A stretch of 32,797 bases of DNA from a virus (lineage: Duplodnaviria > Caudoviricetes), in IMG/VR virus record IMGVR_UViG_3300033076_000895, positions 1 to 32,797 of that record, one strand, 5' to 3'. The notes beneath the pieces were generated by a model, which worked only from the letters and a program-made list of their open reading frames with translations, was not told the DNA's origin and searched no databases. Shown piece after piece: positions 25,912 through 32,797 of this stretch (position 1 is the stretch's first letter; each line of letters opens with the position of its first letter). The translations under genes and the position numbers were made by a program.

Positions 25912-26127
25912 ATGCCGATATTAAAACCTGCACAACCACCAGCTCCACCTAAAGAACATCCTACTGTTGGGTATTACACACCAAGCAAAAACAATAGAGG
26001 AAGTGGTAGAGGAAAGAGTGGATGTTTATGTTTAAATCGTAATTACTATTCACTTAAATGCTGTCATGGTTATTTAGGTGAGCAAGGAATAGGATTAATA
26101 TATGCAACTGGTTCTTTAAATCCATAG
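25912..26127 (+). CDS. Small CLC...YS..CC.G.L..Q.IG protein (paralogue 1)
   Basis: GCLCLNRNYYSLKCCHGYLGEQGIG. Confidence 0.7.
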   Translation: MPILKPAQPPAPPKEHPTVGYYTPSKNNRGSGRGKSGCLCLNRNYYSLKCCHGYLGEQGIGLIYATGSLNP

Positions 26128-26130
26128 AAT

Positions 26131-26382
26131 ATGCCAACACCATCGTACAGTAGAAATATGAGAAAATGGACTGGAATATATTTCGGTCCAACAAGAGGTA
26201 GAGCAATTCCACATAATAAGCGTAGAGCTTGTTTGTGTACTGATTCGGATACCTACTCAACTGAATGTTGTGAAGGTGCACTAATCGGACAAAGTATAGG
26301 ACAGACTGCAAGTGCTGGTAGAAATAGAGGACCATTTAGTAGAGGATTTAGTAGTGGATTTGATATTGGAACAACAGAATAA
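26131..26382 (+). CDS. Small CLC...YS..CC.G.L..Q.IG protein (paralogue 2)
   Basis: ACLCTDSDTYSTECCEGALIGQSIG, with C-terminal FSRGFSSGF. Confidence 0.7.
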   Translation: MPTPSYSRNMRKWTGIYFGPTRGRAIPHNKRRACLCTDSDTYSTECCEGALIGQSIGQTASAGRNRGPFSRGFSSGFDIGTTE

Positions 26383-26398
26383 AACAAAGATATAAAAT

Positions 26399-29300
26399 AT
26401 GTCTAATTTAAATAAAACACAATTAGAGGCCGTAAACCAAACTAATTTTCCTAATAATAATGTAGGAGCTATTACTCCTGAGAAATTAAGAGAATTCAAT
26501 ACTGATATTATTGATTCAATGACAACTGAAGGAGAGTTTCAAACAACCTCAGCTTCTTTGAATTCAGATGTAATATCTTTACAAGCGCAAGTAAACGCTT
26601 TAGTATTAAGTGGTAGTGGTATCGTTATTAAAGATGAAGGTACATCACAAGGTACTGTAACTGTATTAAACTTTATAGGACCAACAATACAAGCTAATGT
26701 AACTGGTTCAATGGCTAACATATATGCTAACACATCTGGATTAGCAACAACAGGTTCAAATAACTTTGTAGGCGGACAACAAATATTAGGAGATAGTGGA
26801 GTAACTGGTTCATTTAATATATCAGGCTCTTTAATAATAAACGGAACATCATATACATCAGCAACTAGCGGAACGGCTGGTACTTCAGGTACTTCAGCAA
26901 CAAGTGGGACTAGTGGCACTTCAGGTACGAATGGTACAGCAGGTACTGGAGGCTCTTCAGGAACTTCTGGTACAAGCGGCACATCTGGAACTTCTGGTTC
27001 ATCAGGAACATCAGGTTCTTCTGGAAGCAGTGGGACTAGTGGTACAAACGGAACAGCAGGTAGTGGTGGTAGCTCAGGAACATCTGGAACAAATGGTACT
27101 GCTGGTAGCGGAGGTTCAAGCGGTACAAGTGGTACATCCGGTAGTAGTGGCACATCAGGAACCTCTGGTACATCAGGTTCTTCAGGAACATCGGGTACAA
27201 GCGGCTCAAGTGGGACTAGTGGTACAAATGGTACGGCTGGTAGTGGAGGCTCTTCAGGCACATCAGGAACTTCAGGAAGTAGTGGTACATCAGGAAGTAG
27301 CGGTACAAGTGGTACAAGCGGAAGTGGAGGTTCATCAGGAACTTCAGGAACAAACGGAACTGCTGGTAGTGGTGGAAGCTCAGGCAGCAGTGGAACAAGC
27401 GGTAGCAGTGGGACTAGTGGAACTTCAGGTTCTTCAGGCACTTCTGGTACAAGCGGAACAAATGGTACTGCAGGAAGTGGAGGTAGCAGTGGCACATCGG
27501 GAACATCTGGTACATCAGGTACAAGTGGTACGAATGGTACAGCAGGTAGTGGAGGTAGCAGTGGGACTAGTGGCACATCGGGAACAAACGGAACTGCAGG
27601 TTCTTCTGGAACAAGCGGAGCTGATGGACAATCGAATACATTCTTTCAATATCAAGCAAAGACTGGTACAACAACTGGTGACCCTGGTAGTGGACATATA
27701 ATTTGGGATAATGCAACTCAACAATCAGCAACATCAATAAATGTAAGTGAGTTAGATGAAAATAATATTAATAATGATTTATTCTTAAGCAACATTCCAT
27801 CAGGCTCAATTATAGTAATACAAAGTAAAACTAACCATTTGGATTATCAAAAATGGACAGTAGGTACTTCAATAGACAATACAACATATTGGACATTCCC
27901 TGTAACTCTTGTAAACTCAACATATTCATTTAGTAATAATGAGCAAGTTTTATTTATAATATCTCAAACACCTTCAGGTACTTCTGGTACTTCAGGTACA
28001 AATGGTACAACAGGAACTGCAGGAAGTAGTGGCACATCAGGAACGTCTGGTAGTAGTGGGACTAGTGGAGTGAGTGGTAGTTCGGGCTCAAGCGGAACGT
28101 CTGGTACTTCAGGAACATCAGGCACATCTGGTGTAAGTGGAAGTAATGGAACAAGCGGCACGAGTGGTACATCAGGAAGCAGTGGAAGTTCAGGTTCATC
28201 AGGAACTTCTGGGACTAGTGGAGTGAGTGGAAGTAATGGAACAAGCGGCACGAGTGGTACATCAGGAAGCAGTGGAACTTCAGGTACAAGTGGAAGTAGT
28301 GGCACAAGCGGTACATCGGGTACTTCTGGGACTAACGGAACTGCTGGTAGTAGTGGTTCATCAGGAAGCAGTGGGACTAGTGGTACTTCAGGTACATCGG
28401 GAACAAATGGTACTGCAGGAAGTGGAGGTAGCTCAGGTAGTAGTGGTACTTCTGGTATCAATGGTACATCAGGTATAAACGGAAGTAGTGGTTCAAGTGG
28501 AACTTCTGGTACTTCTGGATTAACAACAATATTAACAATAGGTGATGAGGGTATATCGCAAGGAGCAGCAACATTCTTAAACTTTAGTGGAAGTGGTGTT
28601 GTAGCAACTGTAAGTGCTGGTACGGCATCTATAATAGTAGCAGGAGCAGGTAGTGGATTTCCTTTCACTGGCTCAGCACAAATAACAGGCTCTTTAGGAG
28701 TGACTGGCTCAATAAATCAATCAATTGGAATTTATAGTGGTAGTCTTATTTCAAACATATACGATACATACACAAATGTACCAGCAGTAACAAACATAAT
28801 AACTATAACATCAGCTTCATACGCAACTTTAGTAGCAGGTAATACAACTGACCCTAATACAATGTATGTGATTAGTGGAAGTAATTTAACAGCTGGAAGT
28901 AGTGGTACTTCTGGTACATCAGGTACATCAGGTGCACCAGGTACATCAGGTACATCAGGAACTAGTGGTACTTCAGGAACTTCTGGATTAGGTTCAAATG
29001 GTACATCAGGAACATCTGGTGTAAGTGCAGCTGGTTTCCCTTTTAGTGGGTCAGCTGAAATAACTGGTTCATTAATTGTGACAGGTAGTATTAGAAATGT
29101 AGTAATATCATCTTCTATATCAGCTACAACATCTTCAATTGATTTAAGAAGAAGTAATTTCTTCACAGCAGGTGTAAGTACAGGTAATACACATTTTCTT
29201 ATTACAGCATCTTTAGGTGGACAAAGCTCACAAATATTGGTAACAACATTGGCTGTAAGTTCTTCAATAGGATTTAGTTCAAATGTATATCAGAAATCAG

Positions 29301-30373
29301 GTTCACAATATGTACCTACTCCAGCAATTGGTTCATTAGACCTTTTAGAATTATTTAGTTTTGATACAAATAAAGTATTAATTACAAATACAACAAATTT
29401 TGCACAAACTACTCCTCCTCCAGTAGCTGCATTATCAGCATTCTACTTAGTAGTTGCAGGTGGTGGCGGAGGAGGTGGAGTTGCAGGTGGCGGAGGAGGA
29501 GGTTTACGTTCAAATATTACAGGTTCTGGTGGAGGAGGAGCTGCAGAATCAGCATGGAATCCAACAGCTGGTGTGGCATATAATATTAAAGTAGGTGCTG
29601 CAGGTGCATCTGCTGGTAGTGGAACAACTGCTCAAGGTGGTAATGGTGGCGATTCATATATTACAGGAAGTGCAATTTATATTGTATCTACTGGAGGTGG
29701 AGGTGGAGGTGGCTTCTCAGCAACAGCAGGAATTAAAAATGGTTTAAATGGTGGGTCTGGAGGCGGAGGCGGAACATATGTAGCAGGGTCAACAACATCA
29801 ACAGGAGGAACTGGAACGGCAAATCAGGGATATAATGGTGGAAACACTGGTACATTCACACCAGCACCTTATTATGGTTCAGGTGGTGGAGGAGCTGGTG
29901 CTGTTGGACAAGCAGGTCCTGCAGGGACAGTAGCGGGAGCAGGTGGTGCTGGATTATTACATAATATTGATGGAAATAATTACTACTGGGCAGCAGGTGG
30001 TGGAAGTGGAATTCAAGGAGCAGGAGCAACAGGTGGTAACGGAGGAATCGGCGGAGGCGGCGGTGGAGGCGGCTACAATGGTGGAGCTGGTACTGGTGGT
30101 GGAACTGCTCTAAACTCTGGAGGTAATGGTGATGTTGGCGCAGATGGTAATGGTGGTAATGGTGGAACTAACACTGGCTCCGGCGGTGGTGGAGAAGGTG
30201 TTACATTAGGTACAGCAGGTGCAGGTGGTAGTGGTATTATTATTATATCCATACCTTCAACAAATTCAGCAACATTCTCAGTTGGTGTAACTCAAACATC
30301 AGCAACTGTTGGTAGTAGAAAAGTATATACAATCACTGCAGCTGGAGTAACCGATACAGTAACATTTAGTTAA
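26399..30373 (+). CDS. Long fibre protein with Ser/Thr collagen-like (G-X-Y) repeats and a Gly-rich C-terminal domain
   Basis: 1324 aa with three SGT/SGS/NGT/AGS repeat blocks and a YLVVAGGGGGG...AGGSGIIII domain. Confidence 0.85.
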   Translation: MSNLNKTQLEAVNQTNFPNNNVGAITPEKLREFNTDIIDSMTTEGEFQTTSASLNSDVISLQAQVNALVLSGSGIVIKDEGTSQGTVTVLNFIGPTIQANVTGSMANIYANTSGLATTGSNNFVGGQQILGDSGVTGSFNISGSLIINGTSYTSATSGTAGTSGTSATSGTSGTSGTNGTAGTGGSSGTSGTSGTSGTSGSSGTSGSSGSSGTSGTNGTAGSGGSSGTSGTNGTAGSGGSSGTSGTSGSSGTSGTSGTSGSSGTSGTSGSSGTSGTNGTAGSGGSSGTSGTSGSSGTSGSSGTSGTSGSGGSSGTSGTNGTAGSGGSSGSSGTSGSSGTSGTSGSSGTSGTSGTNGTAGSGGSSGTSGTSGTSGTSGTNGTAGSGGSSGTSGTSGTNGTAGSSGTSGADGQSNTFFQYQAKTGTTTGDPGSGHIIWDNATQQSATSINVSELDENNINNDLFLSNIPSGSIIVIQSKTNHLDYQKWTVGTSIDNTTYWTFPVTLVNSTYSFSNNEQVLFIISQTPSGTSGTSGTNGTTGTAGSSGTSGTSGSSGTSGVSGSSGSSGTSGTSGTSGTSGVSGSNGTSGTSGTSGSSGSSGSSGTSGTSGVSGSNGTSGTSGTSGSSGTSGTSGSSGTSGTSGTSGTNGTAGSSGSSGSSGTSGTSGTSGTNGTAGSGGSSGSSGTSGINGTSGINGSSGSSGTSGTSGLTTILTIGDEGISQGAATFLNFSGSGVVATVSAGTASIIVAGAGSGFPFTGSAQITGSLGVTGSINQSIGIYSGSLISNIYDTYTNVPAVTNIITITSASYATLVAGNTTDPNTMYVISGSNLTAGSSGTSGTSGTSGAPGTSGTSGTSGTSGTSGLGSNGTSGTSGVSAAGFPFSGSAEITGSLIVTGSIRNVVISSSISATTSSIDLRRSNFFTAGVSTGNTHFLITASLGGQSSQILVTTLAVSSSIGFSSNVYQKSGSQYVPTPAIGSLDLLELFSFDTNKVLITNTTNFAQTTPPPVAALSAFYLVVAGGGGGGGVAGGGGGGLRSNITGSGGGGAAESAWNPTAGVAYNIKVGAAGASAGSGTTAQGGNGGDSYITGSAIYIVSTGGGGGGGFSATAGIKNGLNGGSGGGGGTYVAGSTTSTGGTGTANQGYNGGNTGTFTPAPYYGSGGGGAGAVGQAGPAGTVAGAGGAGLLHNIDGNNYYWAAGGGSGIQGAGATGGNGGIGGGGGGGGYNGGAGTGGGTALNSGGNGDVGADGNGGNGGTNTGSGGGGEGVTLGTAGAGGSGIIIISIPSTNSATFSVGVTQTSATVGSRKVYTITAAGVTDTVTFS
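26860..29035 (+). repeat. Degenerate 9-bp coding repeats in three blocks (approx. 26860-27625, 27975-28520, 28890-29035)
   Basis: TCAGGTACA, AGTGGAACT, TCTGGTACT and similar synonymous variants. Confidence 0.85.
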
Positions 30374-30391
30374 TAATTAAAAAAATAATAT

Positions 30392-30772
30392 ATGGCACAT
30401 TACGCAGTATTAGATGAAAATAACATAGTAGTAGATATGTTCGTTGGAAAAGACGAAGATGAAATAGTATTGGATGAAAACGGAAATCCTTATAATTGGG
30501 AAGTATATTATGGAGCTAAAAGAACTTCATATAATACTTTCCACGGAGTACACAAATTAGGTGGTACTCCACTTAGAATGAATTATGCTGGATTAGGATA
30601 TACATACGATGAAAGCAAAGATGCTTTTATTCCTCCTAAACCATTCCCATCTTTTCTTTTTGATGAACAAATATGTGATTGGAAAGCACCAATACAAGTT
30701 CCAAATGAAGAAGGTAAATTCTTTGTATGGAATGAAGAAATAATTAATTGGGTAGAGATTACAAATTCTTAA
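30392..30772 (+). CDS. Putative fibre assembly/accessory protein
   Basis: MAHYA.LDENN.V, RTSYN, R.NYAG.GY.YD...DAFI.P.PFPS and W.AP...P are typical partners of Gly-rich fibres. Confidence 0.7.
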   Translation: MAHYAVLDENNIVVDMFVGKDEDEIVLDENGNPYNWEVYYGAKRTSYNTFHGVHKLGGTPLRMNYAGLGYTYDESKDAFIPPKPFPSFLFDEQICDWKAPIQVPNEEGKFFVWNEEIINWVEITNS

Positions 30773-30773
30773 T

Positions 30774-31346
30774 ATGCAAACAGTCTATATAGGAAATACT
30801 TTAATAAATGATGTGATGTTAGGTTCACAAAGAATGATATTAAGAACTAATCCATTATATATCGGAGCATTTGCATATGGTGGAATAATAATACAATTAG
30901 ATGGAACTGCGCCAAATTATACAGGTGGAATTGTAGTAGCATTGAATGATGCTTATGCTGGAACAACATTTCCATTTACAACATGGGGCTGTAGTGGAAC
31001 AACAATTGGTACATCAGCAGCTGTTGGGAGTGGTGGAACTAATACTGCAGCTATTTTAGCTGGGTGTGCAACACGTCCTATATTAGCATCATTAGCAGCT
31101 GATTATGTTGAAGGTGGCTATTCAGATTGGGTTTTACCATCTGAAGGTGAAATGGATTTGATAAATACTTATCGTGCTCTAATTCCAAATTTAGGTAATC
31201 AACCATATGCAACTTCTACTGAAGGTACTACTGTATCTACTCAATTTAGAATGAGATATATTGATAGTATTGCATTCTCTCGTTCAAAAAGTGATAATGG
31301 CTCTTCTCAAAATGTTAGATGTGTAAGATACTTTACTATACCTTAA
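30774..31346 (+). CDS. DUF1566/C-type-lectin-fold receptor-binding-like protein
   Basis: GGII, G..NT.AI...C, GYSDW.LPS..E, Y.TSTE and VRCVR.F. Confidence 0.7.
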   Translation: MQTVYIGNTLINDVMLGSQRMILRTNPLYIGAFAYGGIIIQLDGTAPNYTGGIVVALNDAYAGTTFPFTTWGCSGTTIGTSAAVGSGGTNTAAILAGCATRPILASLAADYVEGGYSDWVLPSEGEMDLINTYRALIPNLGNQPYATSTEGTTVSTQFRMRYIDSIAFSRSKSDNGSSQNVRCVRYFTIP

Positions 31347-31368
31347 TCAATAAAAAAATAGTTATAAT

Positions 31369-31376
31369 TGTTAAAT
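31369..31376 (+). promoter_or_regulatory. Putative late promoter core TGTTAAAT (copy 8)
   Basis: Intergenic, 17 nt before the ATG at 31394. Confidence 0.75.
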
Positions 31377-31393
31377 AATAAAACAAACAAAAT

Positions 31394-31675
31394 ATGAAAT
31401 TAGAAACTCAAAACTCATATGTAACTAATCCTCAATTCGTAGGTGGTGTAGCAGTAACTCCAATATCTGGTTCAGCTTTTGCAGCTGCTGGACAAGCTAA
31501 TCCTCAATTTGGATTTACAGCTGGTGGATTATATGTTGGAGAAATAGGTACATTAATTGTAAAGACTTGGGATGATTCTGTATTTACAATGGTATCTGCA
31601 TCAGGATTTATACCTGGTATTATTACAGCTGTATCTGCATCATCAACTGCTGGTAACATAGTAGCATTAAAGTAA
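31394..31675 (+). CDS. Small virion protein (head spike-base-like)
   Basis: GLYVG..G.L.V......F......F.P.....V....TA..IVAL, reminiscent of the RcGTA Rcc01079-type spike base. Confidence 0.55.
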   Translation: MKLETQNSYVTNPQFVGGVAVTPISGSAFAAAGQANPQFGFTAGGLYVGEIGTLIVKTWDDSVFTMVSASGFIPGIITAVSASSTAGNIVALK

Positions 31676-31678
31676 TTT

Positions 31679-32731
31679 ATGTATAATTTAAACTATAACG
31701 TCACTAACGCTAGATTAAATAGACCTGTTGGTAGAGCTTTTGTACCTACACCTAGAGTTGATGCTTATTCAGCAAGTTTAGTTGTAGCAATACCTGGAAC
31801 AATATTCAGAAATGGATATGTAAATGTATTCAATCAAGTGATGGAATATGATGATATAGCTGCATATATTGTAAGTGGAGCTGTATTAAATTATTCAACC
31901 GGTCAATATTATAAGCAAGGTCCAAATTATACTTGTACACTAACACAAAGTTTTAGTCAACAAGGTGGACAATCTTTATCAGCATCATACTATACAGGTT
32001 CAACTACTGTTAATAATTTTGCTAGTTCAGGATATAATACTTCAATGTACTTTAGTGGAAGTGCAATAATATTATTATCTTCAGATTCTAGCTCAATGGC
32101 AACTAGAGGTGGAACTAATATAGGAACATCAAGTAATTGGGTAATGGAAGCATATGTAGCATATGATGTAATCCCACAAAATTTCTTTTCTGGAAGTACA
32201 CTTATTGGAGCTTCAGTTAATAGAGGATTTATGGGAAAATATCTTACTACCATTGGAGGGACAACTGGTTCTTCTTATGGAACTAATGTAGGTTGGAGTG
32301 GAAATTCAGCCCAAGTTATTGAACCTAATTATGTAACTAATACTGGTAGATTTATAGGAGCTTATGGAAATGGACAATCTACTGGAGAGCAAATAGTTTA
32401 TGGAACTTCTGGTGCAACACAACAACCAAATAAATTTTATCATTTTGCTGTAAGTTATTCGACAGGTAGTGTACAAGGTAGTGTAGGAGAAATAAAATAT
32501 TATCTATCAGGAAGTTTAATTGGAGGTGGAGCACTTAGTGCAATTAATAATATTAATACTTCATCAATTCAAACTAATTTATTTGGTGGAGTACTATCTG
32601 GCCAATATGGAGCATTTTTCCAAGATTTTAGATTTTATAATGGAACTAATAAAAATTATACAGGTTCAGCAATACCATTACCACCATCAATGATAATAGG
32701 AAAAAATGAGCCATATCCACAATATTCATAA
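31679..32731 (+). CDS. LamG/concanavalin A-like lectin virion protein
   Basis: W.MEAYV, FYHFAVSY, Y.SG.L.G and FFQDFRFY.G. Confidence 0.7.
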   Translation: MYNLNYNVTNARLNRPVGRAFVPTPRVDAYSASLVVAIPGTIFRNGYVNVFNQVMEYDDIAAYIVSGAVLNYSTGQYYKQGPNYTCTLTQSFSQQGGQSLSASYYTGSTTVNNFASSGYNTSMYFSGSAIILLSSDSSSMATRGGTNIGTSSNWVMEAYVAYDVIPQNFFSGSTLIGASVNRGFMGKYLTTIGGTTGSSYGTNVGWSGNSAQVIEPNYVTNTGRFIGAYGNGQSTGEQIVYGTSGATQQPNKFYHFAVSYSTGSVQGSVGEIKYYLSGSLIGGGALSAINNINTSSIQTNLFGGVLSGQYGAFFQDFRFYNGTNKNYTGSAIPLPPSMIIGKNEPYPQYS

Positions 32732-32797
32732 AAATGAATACAAATATTCTGATGTTTCAAATGTCATTGAAAATGACACAATTGGGAAAATAGGCTA

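Noticed and set aside
616-26499. Other 60-110 aa ORFs nested in or antisense to called genes
   Set aside because: They overlap well-supported genes completely and have no recognisable motifs.
26539-29166. Long minus-strand Pro/Val/Leu ORFs and alternative + frame ORFs within the fibre gene
   Set aside because: These are shadows of the stop-poor SGT repeat and have no promoter or start context.
30774-31346. DUF1566-like protein as a diversity-generating retroelement target
   Set aside because: No reverse transcriptase and no template-repeat copy of its 3' end are visible in the window. They could lie outside it.
32706-32797. Possible new ORF at the window end (ATG 32706 open to the end; ATG 32734 closes after 19 codons)
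   Set aside because: Too short and truncated to support a call.
1-32797. Stop-codon reassignment, tRNAs, or satellite status
   Set aside because: Genes tile densely under the standard code and I see no cloverleaf. The element encodes its own full virion set, so helper dependence cannot be claimed from the missing replication genes in a partial window.

Overview
AT-rich, nearly all + strand segment of a tailed dsDNA phage (siphovirus-like). The host is probably a Bacteroidota species: there are TTTG-N19-20-TATCTTTA promoters and A-rich start contexts without Shine-Dalgarno sequences. The window covers most of the virion and packaging machinery: scaffold, major capsid, tail tube, portal, connectors, tail tip, tape measure, XkdF-like protease, small and large terminase, a frameshifted tail chaperone, and a Ser/Thr collagen-like fibre. 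It also carries two different sigma-factor-like genes, two paralogous GIY-YIG-like nucleases, an HNH nuclease, two SAM methyltransferases, a Dps-like gene and a zincin peptidase. I recognise no polymerase, helicase, primase, integrase or lysin. The most notable signals are non-coding: (1) a ~280-nt ORF-free, promoter-driven, densely base-paired region with two predicted pseudoknots (17910-18190); (2) three promoter classes that suggest a host sigma -> gp55-like sigma -> ECF sigma cascade; (3) two perfect DnaA boxes flanked by two IHF-consensus 21-bp repeats (16546-16629); and (4) short terminator-linked hairpins that display anti-start-codon sequence (UUGCCA). All product calls come from motif recognition by eye, not from database searches.
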